NCBI GenBank assembly: GCA_965238005.1
Contig: OZ250165.1
Location: forward strand, 928,001-992,000
Length of the DNA: 64,000 nt
Reading direction: 5' to 3'
From: Longimicrobiales bacterium
GTDB lineage: Bacteria; Gemmatimonadota; Gemmatimonadetes; Longimicrobiales; Gaopeijiaceae
The position numbers were made by a program, and so were the translations under genes. Positions 41,791 through 51,122 of this stretch are shown one piece after another. The notes under the pieces were generated by a model. The model worked only from the letters and a program-made list of their open reading frames with translations, was not told where the DNA came from and did no database searches. How positions within the stretch are numbered: position 1 is the first letter of the stretch; every line of letters starts with the position of its first letter.

Positions 41791-43209
41791 TTAGTAGCCT
41801 CGGTCTTCCATGGTGGCCCGGCGCTGGACGCCGTCGGGCCCGTTATCCCAATCCTGCGCGCTCGAGATGTTGGGCATGTTCCAGTCATGGCCGTTCCAGC
41901 TCGGGAAGCCGTCCATCTTGAACGTGTATAGCCCGCTCACCATATCGCTGACGACGATCAGGCCATCGGCGTTCCGAACGTCCACACCCCACGCGCCCAG
42001 GTTGACGTTACCGTGGCCGCGGGCCATGTGCGGTCCCGGATACGTGTCGTAGTAAGCGATGGTCCTGGGGTTGAACGGGTCGAACATACTGAACACCTGT
42101 AGGCCATCTTCGTAGGCGGAGACGAACACGAAGGGCCAGCGCACTTCATGGTTGTGAGAGAGATTCTGGTAATCCGCGGTCCAAGCGCTGATGGCCCGGC
42201 TGACCACAGGATTTCCGCCTTCGGACCAGGCGTCCCGGAGGTCGAAGAGCCGCAGCGGCTGCCACTGGCTCTCCACCTCGGCCACGGCGAAGAGACCGTC
42301 GGGGGACGGGGTGAAGGTGTGGCCGTGCGCGATCCCGGGAACGTTGGTGATGGACACCAGCAGCTCGGGGTTAGACGTGTCCGTGACGTCGAACACGAAG
42401 TATCCGCCCGTGCCGCCTGCCCACAGCCGATCCTGCTGCGTGGCCGGGTCGAAGCCGACGTAATAGTCGTGCCAGCTGGCCCGTCCGCCGCGCAGGGCCC
42501 AGTACGGGGACTCGGGCACGGGCACCTGGCCCGTGAGCCCGTAGTCGGGATCCCCGTCCAGGAACCGGCTCAGGTCGTAGATGTTGGCGTGGGGCCCGCC
42601 GGTCGTCGCGAAGAGCAGTGGGCGGCCGTCGGAGTGCTTGTACGTGAAGATGTTGTGGAACCCGCCCGGCGTCTCAGGGGCTTTGATCCTTCCCACTTCA
42701 CGTACGGTCGACGGATCCGGTAGGCCGGTAACGTCAAAGACCACGGCTCCCAGGTCGTTGTCGGGGCCACCCGCCCCGAACTGCGTGGACTGCACGATGT
42801 AGTATCGCCCGTCGTGCTTGAAATACCTGCCGTCGAGAGCCCCCGAGCCCTGGTGGAGCTCGGCGTTCTCGATGCGCCACGAGTAGATCAGCTTGGGGTT
42901 CGCCGGGTCCTCGAGGCTGACGATGTCCATGCCCGACGGACTGAACCGCTTGGATACGTAGGCGTAAGGCCGATCCAACTCTTGCTCGACCTCGACATCC
43001 GCCACATGGAGGAAGCCACCGAGGGGGATGCTCCCCAGGTAATGGATGTTGGGGGTACCCCTCTCTCCCGGAGGGAGGGCATCACCCGGATTCCCGTAGT
43101 TGTAGGGATGGGGTGATTCCTGAGCCGGGGAGGAGGTCGGCAGTACCGAGGCGGCGACCCAGAGGGTGCCGAGAACAAGCAGAGCGTTGGACAAGGTTGA
43201 CCGTCTCAT
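41791..43209 (-). CDS. Exported LVIVD-repeat beta-propeller protein
   Basis: Repeats such as IVSLEDPANP, VFDVTDTSNP, MFDPFNP; His motifs GFHNI, WHD, HGHT, SHNH. Confidence 0.75.
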   Translation of the reverse strand: MRRSTLSNALLVLGTLWVAASVLPTSSPAQESPHPYNYGNPGDALPPGERGTPNIHYLGSIPLGGFLHVADVEVEQELDRPYAYVSKRFSPSGMDIVSLEDPANPKLIYSWRIENAELHQGSGALDGRYFKHDGRYYIVQSTQFGAGGPDNDLGAVVFDVTGLPDPSTVREVGRIKAPETPGGFHNIFTYKHSDGRPLLFATTGGPHANIYDLSRFLDGDPDYGLTGQVPVPESPYWALRGGRASWHDYYVGFDPATQQDRLWAGGTGGYFVFDVTDTSNPELLVSITNVPGIAHGHTFTPSPDGLFAVAEVESQWQPLRLFDLRDAWSEGGNPVVSRAISAWTADYQNLSHNHEVRWPFVFVSAYEDGLQVFSMFDPFNPRTIAYYDTYPGPHMARGHGNVNLGAWGVDVRNADGLIVVSDMVSGLYTFKMDGFPSWNGHDWNMPNISSAQDWDNGPDGVQRRATMEDRGY

Positions 43210-43636
43210 GAACTGCTTCTCCTTATCGTCCGGCTCCGATCCCGTGGTGCGGCATCAGGGCCAACTCGGTCTACCGCGGACGTGCGCGGGTGCACATGGC
43301 GGGCTTGTACATGCTTGTCCCCTCCCGGCGCGATCGAGCCGCGAGGACCTCAAACATAAGGCGCGGCTCTTCTCCCGTCTAACACGTCTTGAATGGGCAT
43401 ACCCTTCGACACTTTATAGATCGATTGTGTAGCTTCATGCACTCTCACCCGTTCTCCACTCCGATGCGGCGGAGGGGGTGGCCGACGCCGGGCGCGGGGT
43501 CGGACGGAGTCATCCGAATCGCTGAAACCAACGGTGGAGCGACCTCGGGGAGGACAGCGGTGTAGGAGGGAGCCAATGTCGTGCCCCGCGCAGGCCAACA
43601 CTCTGTTGTGAGGCGTATCCAAGTCACCAATGAAGT

Positions 43637-44356
43637 ATGTCACCAGGAGACCCAAGAGTACCCATGTCCACCACCCTGACTCGTCCCGGAACGTTCGTGC
43701 TCACCGCGGGCCTGATCGCCCCACTTCTATGGCCGGCCCTCGGCCCCGACTCGGCAGTTGACCAGCCGGCCACAGGGATCGTTCAAGGACGGGTGATCTT
43801 CGAGACCATACCCGATGACGAGTTCTTCGAGATCTCGGACGCCGTGATCTATCTGTCCGGCGAGGGGCTGACGACGGAGACCCCGCCAACGGAACGGGCG
43901 CCAGAGCAACTTCTTCTCGATCAGATCGACTATACGTTCGTCCCAAGGGTGATGCCCGTCCTGGCGGGTGACGAGGTGTCGTTCCACAACAGCGACGACG
44001 AGCTCCACAACATCCATACGTACGCCAAGGGAAGGCGCCGGAACCGCAACTTCAACCGCGGCCAGCGCCCCGGCTCGACGTTCTCCGGCGTTTTCGCGAG
44101 GCCCGACAGCATCCTGGTGATGTGTGACATCCACTCCCAGATGATCGCGCACATCCTGGTTCTGGAGAACGGGTTCTTCACGAAGGCCAACGACGACGGC
44201 ACCTATTCGATCACCGATGTCCCGCCGGGGCAGTACGAGCTGACCGCGTGGCACGAGTGGTTCGGGGAGGTCAAGACCACGGTCGAGGTCGGAGACGGGC
44301 AGACCGTCGAAGCCGAGGTGACCTTTTCGAGCACGTCCGAGGCGCCTCAACCGTAA
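43637..44356 (+). CDS. Cupredoxin-like protein with carboxypeptidase-regulatory-like domain (start 43637 or 43664)
   Basis: Signal peptide; HNIH...CDIHSQM type-1 Cu ligands; VPPGQYELTAWHE. Confidence 0.8.
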   Translation: MSPGDPRVPMSTTLTRPGTFVLTAGLIAPLLWPALGPDSAVDQPATGIVQGRVIFETIPDDEFFEISDAVIYLSGEGLTTETPPTERAPEQLLLDQIDYTFVPRVMPVLAGDEVSFHNSDDELHNIHTYAKGRRRNRNFNRGQRPGSTFSGVFARPDSILVMCDIHSQMIAHILVLENGFFTKANDDGTYSITDVPPGQYELTAWHEWFGEVKTTVEVGDGQTVEAEVTFSSTSEAPQP

Positions 44357-44386
44357 GTCCCACCCCGCCCGGAGCGTAGGTTCTGA

Positions 44387-44415
44387 GAGCCGCTCGCTGC
44401 CTGAGCGGGCGGCTG
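44387..44415 (+). other. Strong intercistronic RNA hairpin
   Basis: AGCCGCTCGCT-GCCTG-AGCGGGCGGCT (one G-U pair), no U-tract. Confidence 0.5.
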
Positions 44416-44702
44416 GCCACATATGCAGGAGACCCGATGCTGCCCATCCTGTAACGTCCAGGTCGTCGTGTCCGCTTCCCGTCGGAACAGCCGGTCCATG
44501 CTTTAACCTCCGATCGGCTGAGGTCGCCGGCACACGGTCGAGGCGGGTCGGGCGACACTGAACTGTTACCGCCTCCGCCACCTCCCACAAGCGCCGGTGC
44601 CCGCCCTTGGCGAGCGCCTCGGGGGTTCTTGACCAGGGGCCAACGGGCCGCAAATTGAACCTCCGTGTAGCCCGTAGACGGCTGAGCCCACGGGAGGCTC
44701 TG

Positions 44703-45554
44703 ATGAGATTCTGGAACCAACCCCGCCGCGGCCGGTTTGGCCGCTCGGCGGTATGCATAGACAGCACCATTTACGCGTTGCTGGTCTTCGGACTGGCGGC
44801 ATGCGGTGGAGACGGCGGTAGCCGTGGGGGTGCCGAGCAGACTCCCGCCTCCGCGGAGCAGTCGGCGGTGGAGGCCCCGGGCAGCGGAGGCTCCGGCTAC
44901 AGTGTGATCACCGTGGAGAACGGAGGCTCGATCAGCGGCACGATCACATTGTCCGGGACGGTCCCGGCGCCACGCACCATTGCCATCACCGACGATGTGG
45001 AAGCCTGTGGAGCGTCCGTCGAGGTGCAGGATCTGGCTGTGGGCGCCGGCGGAGGGTTGGCTAACGTCGTTGTGTCCTTGACGGACATCACCAGCGGGGC
45101 TTCCCTGGAGGTGTCCGCCTCACCTCCCACCTTGGACCAGAATCGTTGCAGGTTCACGCCCCACGTGGTACTCGTGGCCGTCGATGAGGTGCTCGAGATC
45201 GTGAACAGCGACGATGTCTCTCACAACGTCCACACCATGGCATTCGACAACCGCTCGTTCAACCGGACCCAACCCCCCGCGCTCGAGAAGGTCGAAGCGA
45301 CCTTCAGCATCGCCGAGAAGGTAGGGGTCAAGTGCGATATCCACGGTTGGATGAACGGCTGGATCGTCGTCATCGACCACCCGTACCATGCCGTCACAGG
45401 CGGTGACGGGGGCTTCGTCATCGAAAACGTCCCCCCCGGCACGTACACGCTGGAGGTCTGGCACGAGGCCCTGGGGGCGACTACGCAGACCGTGACGGTA
45501 GCGGCCGGCCAGACCAGCGACGCTAGTGTGGAGTTGACGCAGAGTTCCCAGTGA
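44703..45554 (+). CDS. Cupredoxin-like lipoprotein with carboxypeptidase-regulatory-like domain
   Basis: GGAGG RBS; lipobox LAAC; HNVH...CDIHGWM; VPPGTYTLEVWHE. Confidence 0.82.
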   Translation: MRFWNQPRRGRFGRSAVCIDSTIYALLVFGLAACGGDGGSRGGAEQTPASAEQSAVEAPGSGGSGYSVITVENGGSISGTITLSGTVPAPRTIAITDDVEACGASVEVQDLAVGAGGGLANVVVSLTDITSGASLEVSASPPTLDQNRCRFTPHVVLVAVDEVLEIVNSDDVSHNVHTMAFDNRSFNRTQPPALEKVEATFSIAEKVGVKCDIHGWMNGWIVVIDHPYHAVTGGDGGFVIENVPPGTYTLEVWHEALGATTQTVTVAAGQTSDASVELTQSSQ

Positions 45555-47593
45555 CCGTGAAGCTCCGCCGGTCCTCGTTCCTGGGAACGAGCACGTTGGC
45601 GCGTCTAGCCCTGTCTCCGGGAGTCGTCGCCGGATTGCTCCTTCTCGTCCTCCTGCCCGAGGTCCTCTGGGCAGCCCAGGGGGAGGCGCCGACGGCGCAC
45701 AGCGGCGTCCGAACGTTCTTCGGGCTGAGCCCCCGGGCCACCATCTGGGCGGTCGCCCAGCTCCACCTCTTGTTCGCGGCCTTCGTACTCGGGGTACCGA
45801 TCTTCGCGGTCATCGTCGAGTTCATCGGTTGGCGTACCGGTGATCAGCGCTACGATCGCCTGGCCCAGGAATTCGTCAGACTTCTGACTGTCGCCTTCGC
45901 CACCACCGCGGCCCTCGGGGGGCTCCTCGCCTTTACCCTTTTCGGGCTGTATCCGACGTTCTCCAACTACTTCATCAGCATCTTCGCCCCGTCCCTCTAC
46001 GTCTACGCGGTGTTCTTCTTCGTCGAGACAGGGATCCTGTACAGCTACTACTACTCGTGGGGTCGCCTGGCGAATCGTAAAGGCGTCCACATCACGCTAG
46101 GCGTTCTGCTCAACGTGGCGGGTACGATCCTCGTCTTCATCGGCAACGCGTGGGCCTCGTACATGATGAGCCCCGTCGGCGTGGATGAGACGGGAACGTT
46201 CGTCGGGACCACCATGGAGGCGGTCGCCAACCCACTGTGGATGCCCCTGAATATCCACCGCGTCCTGGGGAACGTGGCGTTCGGGGGGTTCGTGGTAGGC
46301 GCCTATGCCGCCGTGAAGTTCTTGGCCGCCCGTACCGAGGCGAGGCGGGCCCACTACGACTGGATGGGGTATGTGGGGAACTTCATCGGCCTGGCGGCGC
46401 TGATCCCGCTACCCTTCGCGGGTTACTACCTGGGTCGGGAGATCTACAGCGCCAGCGCGGTCATGGGGAATAACATGATGGGGGGAGCGTTCTCTTGGAC
46501 GTTCATCCTCCAGGGCTTGCTCGTCGGCTTGCTGTTCATGATCGGCAACTACTACCTGTGGTCCGGGATGAACCGCATCCCTGGGGCCGAGCGGTATCAG
46601 AGGTTCGTCAAGTACTTCAACGTCATCCTGATCGTCTGCGTCGCTATCTGGCTCACGCCACGGAACCTGCCGTTGAGCGCCGAGGAGCAGCTCGCCCTCG
46701 GCGGACAGGTCCATCCGGTGCTGGGCTACTTCGGTCTCATGGCCGCGAAGAACGCCGTCATCAATCTCATCATCCTGACGACCTTCGCCAGCTTCCTGCT
46801 CTATCGGCGGGCCAACAAGACCGACTTGGTGCCGGTGTCCGAGCAGGGTGGCGGGGCCACGATGGTCATGGTGCTCTCCGGGGGGCTGTGTCTGCTGCTC
46901 TTGGGGTGGTACGCGAGAGTCCTTTTCACCCTGCCCCCCGAGTCTCTAGGCCTGGGGCAGGAAAGGGCTGTCTACATTCGGATTCCGGCGCTCCTGCTCG
47001 TCGCGACCATGCTAGCTGTGGTGCTTGGCGTAGTGTTGGCGCTGCGCGACCGGGGTCACCTCGCCCAGATGATCTACATGGCCGTGGTGGCTCTGGGGTC
47101 GGTCGGCTTCCTCGGCGTGTACGGCTTCATCGTCATGGCTCAGGCCAACCCGCTCCTGCGGCAGGTCGCGGCAGCCCAATGGCTCATACTCATGTCCGGG
47201 TTGATCCTCGTCACGGCCATCGATGTTCTCCTGTTCCGGGGCGCCCGAAGCCTCGGGGCCATCCGCTGGGGCGAAGTCACGGCCCGCTCCCAGTACGCAT
47301 TGATCGCTCTCTGCGTGACCATAGTCTTGACCATGGGACTCATGGGGTTCGTTCGCTCGGGCCTCAGGGAGGACTGGCACATCTACGGTGTGATGCGCGA
47401 TACGTCTCAGTGGGGGTTCACCCCGACGACTGCCGTGATGACACAGATGGTGGGAGCGATCACCCTCGTGTTCCTGGCGGCCGTGGCGTTCCTCTTCTGG
47501 CTCTCGGGCCTGAGCGACAAGGAGGACGTGCTCACGGGACCCGGTGACCCGCTCCCGCGCTGGCCGGTGCTCGAACCCGCAGGATCGGACTAG
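45551..47593 (+). CDS. Cytochrome bd subunit I-like ('bd-like') oxidase, 680 aa
   Basis: AQLHLLFAAFVLGVP, FFVETG..SWGRL, SYMMSP, NIHRVLGN, MGFVRSGLREDWHIYGVMRD; many TM helices. Confidence 0.85.
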   Translation: MTVKLRRSSFLGTSTLARLALSPGVVAGLLLLVLLPEVLWAAQGEAPTAHSGVRTFFGLSPRATIWAVAQLHLLFAAFVLGVPIFAVIVEFIGWRTGDQRYDRLAQEFVRLLTVAFATTAALGGLLAFTLFGLYPTFSNYFISIFAPSLYVYAVFFFVETGILYSYYYSWGRLANRKGVHITLGVLLNVAGTILVFIGNAWASYMMSPVGVDETGTFVGTTMEAVANPLWMPLNIHRVLGNVAFGGFVVGAYAAVKFLAARTEARRAHYDWMGYVGNFIGLAALIPLPFAGYYLGREIYSASAVMGNNMMGGAFSWTFILQGLLVGLLFMIGNYYLWSGMNRIPGAERYQRFVKYFNVILIVCVAIWLTPRNLPLSAEEQLALGGQVHPVLGYFGLMAAKNAVINLIILTTFASFLLYRRANKTDLVPVSEQGGGATMVMVLSGGLCLLLLGWYARVLFTLPPESLGLGQERAVYIRIPALLLVATMLAVVLGVVLALRDRGHLAQMIYMAVVALGSVGFLGVYGFIVMAQANPLLRQVAAAQWLILMSGLILVTAIDVLLFRGARSLGAIRWGEVTARSQYALIALCVTIVLTMGLMGFVRSGLREDWHIYGVMRDTSQWGFTPTTAVMTQMVGAITLVFLAAVAFLFWLSGLSDKEDVLTGPGDPLPRWPVLEPAGSD

Positions 47594-47596
47594 CCC

Positions 47597-48571
47597 ATGG
47601 CCGCGTTAAAGGTCTCCCTGTTCACGGTGGTCCTCATCGGGCTCTTCATCTGGTCTGGAAACGAGATCACCCGCGTCTCCGGCGAGGGTTCTCAGGCGGT
47701 GTTGGGAGAGGGTGTCAGCGTGGAGAACGGAGAGCAGATCTTCTGGGGCCCGGGAAAGTGCAGCACCTGTCATTCCATCGGCAGCCGTGGGAGCTCGGTG
47801 AGGGGTCCCAGCCTCGGTCAGTCGGATGTGGGACCGGAAATCGCCATCCGAGCCGTAGAGCGAGGTCGTGCGCGGTTGGCCGAGTTGGGGCGGGAGCTGA
47901 CGGCCACCGAGTACCTCATCGAGTCCGTCACCCGTCCAAGCGCCTTCGTCGTCGATGGCTTCAAGGACGAGATGCCTACGGTCTATGAGCCACCCATCAG
48001 CCTGGGTCTCGATCAGATCGGCTCCGTCATCCTCTACCTGCAGACGCTGGGCGGGGCACCCGACCCCGCCTCTATAGTGCTACCTCCCGACGTGCGGGCG
48101 GCGGCCGGCCGGGCGGCGGAGGTCGAAGCCTGGGCCCCGTACATGGATGGAGATTCCGTGGCGGGCCGGGAGCTGTTCTTCGACCTCGAGGGACCGACTC
48201 CGTGCGCGAAGTGCCACACGGTCGACGGCGTGGGTGGCGATATCGGTCCCGATCTCTCGGCGGTCGCAGGGACGAGAACCGCCCACTTCATCGTCGAGTC
48301 GATGCTCCAGCCGAGCGCTTCGATCGCCGGCGGATACGAGTCCGTCCTCATACAGACGTCTGACGGGCGCATCCTGGATGGAGTGATTCGGCGGGAGACG
48401 GCCGACTCGATATGGCTGGTGACGGCGGATGAGGTGGAGTACGCCCTTGCCGCTGAGAGCATCGCCCGGCGGCGCGTGCAAGAGCTCTCCCTCATGCCGG
48501 GTGACTTCGCCGAGCTGATCTCTGTGGTCGAGTTTCATGATCTCCTCGCCTACCTGCGAACGCTGCAGTAG
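47597..48571 (+). CDS. Membrane-anchored diheme cytochrome c
   Basis: N-terminal TM; CSTCH and CAKCH; GPDLS...SLMP heme-binding C-terminal domain. Confidence 0.88.
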   Translation: MAALKVSLFTVVLIGLFIWSGNEITRVSGEGSQAVLGEGVSVENGEQIFWGPGKCSTCHSIGSRGSSVRGPSLGQSDVGPEIAIRAVERGRARLAELGRELTATEYLIESVTRPSAFVVDGFKDEMPTVYEPPISLGLDQIGSVILYLQTLGGAPDPASIVLPPDVRAAAGRAAEVEAWAPYMDGDSVAGRELFFDLEGPTPCAKCHTVDGVGGDIGPDLSAVAGTRTAHFIVESMLQPSASIAGGYESVLIQTSDGRILDGVIRRETADSIWLVTADEVEYALAAESIARRRVQELSLMPGDFAELISVVEFHDLLAYLRTLQ

Positions 48572-48630
48572 GAGAGTGGCCGCGTGGATGGGGCGGGAAG
48601 GATGGTCGCCGAGAACGAAGGAGGAAGGAC

Positions 48631-49422
48631 TTGAGCAGAGATAGCGAGCCTGCCCGCGGAGGAGGAGTCCTTTCGGCGGCGGTGATCATGTTCGTCGCCA
48701 TCTATCTCGGGCTCCGATTCGGAGTGCCGTGGCTGTCGGTGCTCTTGGGGCTGAGTCAAACACCGGCGCCGGTCCCCGGATTCGCATTGGGCACCTATAT
48801 GGCGTGCGTCGTGGTGGGCACCTTGATCTACATGAGCGCCGAAGAGGAGCGTTGGCATCTCTTCCTCGGTCCGATGGTTCGGGTCTTCAGCATCCCGGCC
48901 GAAGGCCCGCGGCGCTCCCAGCTACTGATCCTTGGGCTCCTCCCGCTCCTGGCCGGGTGGGCGGCCTGGCGCCGGGTGATGCCCAATCCCCGGACGCCGG
49001 CCGTGATACGCGTCCAACACCCGGCCCTCCCCGACCAGTTTGCTGGCATGGAGAACCCCTACGCCGAGGCCTCGCCCGAGGAGCGCGACGCGCTCGAGCG
49101 CGAGGGGCTGGTTCTCTATCAGAAGAACTGCAGGCCCTGCCACGGGACCCGGGCCGACGGCGCGGGTCCGCTGGCGCGCGGTCAGCGGCTCCGGCCCGTC
49201 GACTTCACCGACCCCGGGACCATCGCCACGGTGGTGGAGCCGCATCCCTTCTGGAGGATCCAGGAGGGCTCACTGGGGCTGCCGGCCATCGCAACGCCCT
49301 GGAATTCGGCCATGCCTGCGTGGGGCGACGAGCTCAGCGCCGAGGAGGTCTGGAAGATCATCATGGCCGAGTACCGCCTCTCGGGCACCGAGCCGCGTGA
49401 GCCCGAGGAGCGAGGCCGATGA
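48631..49422 (+). CDS. Membrane-bound monoheme cytochrome c
   Basis: About three N-terminal TM helices; CRPCH; SAMPAW. Confidence 0.85.
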   Translation: MSRDSEPARGGGVLSAAVIMFVAIYLGLRFGVPWLSVLLGLSQTPAPVPGFALGTYMACVVVGTLIYMSAEEERWHLFLGPMVRVFSIPAEGPRRSQLLILGLLPLLAGWAAWRRVMPNPRTPAVIRVQHPALPDQFAGMENPYAEASPEERDALEREGLVLYQKNCRPCHGTRADGAGPLARGQRLRPVDFTDPGTIATVVEPHPFWRIQEGSLGLPAIATPWNSAMPAWGDELSAEEVWKIIMAEYRLSGTEPREPEERGR

Positions 49423-51122
49423 CCGCACGCTTCGCTCCGTTGTTGGTGGCGTGCCTGGTGGCGTTGGCGCTGTCGGGAGTCCGGTCCGGTGTCAGCGCGG
49501 CGCAGTGGATCGAGCTGAGCGTGCCTCCTAGGCCGGATCCGGCCACGGTGGACGTCGAAGCCGGCAGGGCGGTCTACGAAGAGCGTTGTTGGTTCTGTCA
49601 CGGGGAGGAGGGCGATGGGGAGGGTCCCGTGGCACCCTATCTCTGGCCGAAGCCGCGCGACTTCACCATGGGCAGCTACAAGCTGCGCACGACCCAGAGC
49701 GGCGAGCTTCCGCTGGACGAGGATCTCTTCCGCACGATCAGTCTCGGCCTCCCCGGTACTTCGATGCCTGCGTGGCAGTCGGTGCTGCCTGGGGAGGAGC
49801 GGTGGCAGGTGATCGCCTACATCAAGAGCTTCGCCGCCGATCTGTTCGAGGACGAGTTCTTCGATCCGTACCAGGCGATCGCCGAGCTCGGGGAACGACC
49901 GGGTGGCTCCGCGGAGGAGTTGATCGCCGAGGGAGAGATCGTCTACGAAGAGAACCAGTGCTGGGAGTGCCACGGCGTGCTGGGACGGGGGAACGGAGAG
50001 CGCGTGCCCGAGCTCACGGACGATTTGGGCTATCCGATCTGGCCGGCGAACCTGCACGAGCAGTGGAAGCTCAAGGGCGGGCAGACGGTCGAGGAGATTT
50101 ATCTGCGGTTCACGACCGGCCTCGACGGAACGCCCATGCCGTCGTTCGAGGCCACCGTGACGAATGGGGAGCGATGGCAGCTGGCGTACTACATCGAATC
50201 GCTCATTCCCGACGACGGGAGCGAGTCGGCGGCCAGCGGAATCATCCGGGGACGACGGGTCGAGGGCCCGCTTCCCGACGGGCCCGACGCCTCCGAATGG
50301 GAATCAGCGAGCGAGGTCAGGGTGCCAATGACGGGGCAGGCCACCTTCGCACCGCGCTGGCAGATTCCCGCGGTGACGGACGTGGACGTGCGGGCCCTGT
50401 TCAACGACCAGGAGATCGCCTTGCGGCTGGCGTGGTACGACCGCTTCGCCGATACCGCGTCGGTCGATTCGCTTCTGGCCCTCGCCGAAGGCTACAGCGC
50501 CGACGACACCTATCCCGTCCTGTTTCCCGATGGCGAGCGTGTGCGCGGTAGGTACGCCGATGCGGCCGAGGTCATGTTCCCGGTTCGTCACCAGGACAAT
50601 CCGGTTCTTCCCCACTTCGTTTACGGCAATGCCGGTCAGCCGGTCGATCTGTGGCGTTGGCAGGCCGAGCGCCAGTACGGATCCGGAGGGTCTGCGGTGG
50701 TCGAGCTTCGGGCGGCCGGCGCCGGTGAGCCTCCGGAGGTCCACGGTCCGGAGAGCCAGCACGCGACCGGTAGCGGGACATGGACGGACGGACGCTGGTC
50801 CGTCGTGATCCGGAGGCCCCTCCGCACCGAGGTCACCACCGGGGAAGTGCAGCTCGCTGCGGGCGAGCTCGTACCGGTGGCGTTCCACATCTGGGATGGT
50901 GCCAACGGCGAGACCGGGCTCCGGATGTCGCTGTCATCCTGGATCTACCTCGACCTCAGTGAGCCCGCTTCGGCGGCCGGCTACCTTACGGTGCTCCTGA
51001 CTGTCTTGGCGGCCGCGCTCCTCGAGTGGGCCATCGTCAAATGGGTTCGGCGAGGCGCGGACCGGGAACGCTTGGCGCACTTCGGCGTGGGAGAGATGCA
51101 GGTCGGGACCGAGTCGCCATGA
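49419..51122 (+). CDS. Diheme cytochrome c fused to ethylbenzene dehydrogenase gamma-like (EB_dh) domain, C-terminal TM anchor
   Basis: CWFCH (PRDFT, GTSMP), CWECH (GTPMP); then VRALFNDQEIALRLAW, WSVVIRRPL, VAFHIWDG, SLSSW. Confidence 0.85.
   Translation: MTARFAPLLVACLVALALSGVRSGVSAAQWIELSVPPRPDPATVDVEAGRAVYEERCWFCHGEEGDGEGPVAPYLWPKPRDFTMGSYKLRTTQSGELPLDEDLFRTISLGLPGTSMPAWQSVLPGEERWQVIAYIKSFAADLFEDEFFDPYQAIAELGERPGGSAEELIAEGEIVYEENQCWECHGVLGRGNGERVPELTDDLGYPIWPANLHEQWKLKGGQTVEEIYLRFTTGLDGTPMPSFEATVTNGERWQLAYYIESLIPDDGSESAASGIIRGRRVEGPLPDGPDASEWESASEVRVPMTGQATFAPRWQIPAVTDVDVRALFNDQEIALRLAWYDRFADTASVDSLLALAEGYSADDTYPVLFPDGERVRGRYADAAEVMFPVRHQDNPVLPHFVYGNAGQPVDLWRWQAERQYGSGGSAVVELRAAGAGEPPEVHGPESQHATGSGTWTDGRWSVVIRRPLRTEVTTGEVQLAAGELVPVAFHIWDGANGETGLRMSLSSWIYLDLSEPASAAGYLTVLLTVLAAALLEWAIVKWVRRGADRERLAHFGVGEMQVGTESP

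Noticed and set aside
43210..43636. FNR/Rex box or ncRNA upstream of the oxidase cluster
   Set aside because: Only partial half-sites (TTGAAT, TTGTGA) with no matching palindrome; no RNA family recognised.
45551..47593. Calling the gene canonical cydA, or the cluster a nitrite oxidoreductase
   Set aside because: There is no cydB, no quinol motif and no molybdopterin or Fe-S subunit in the window.
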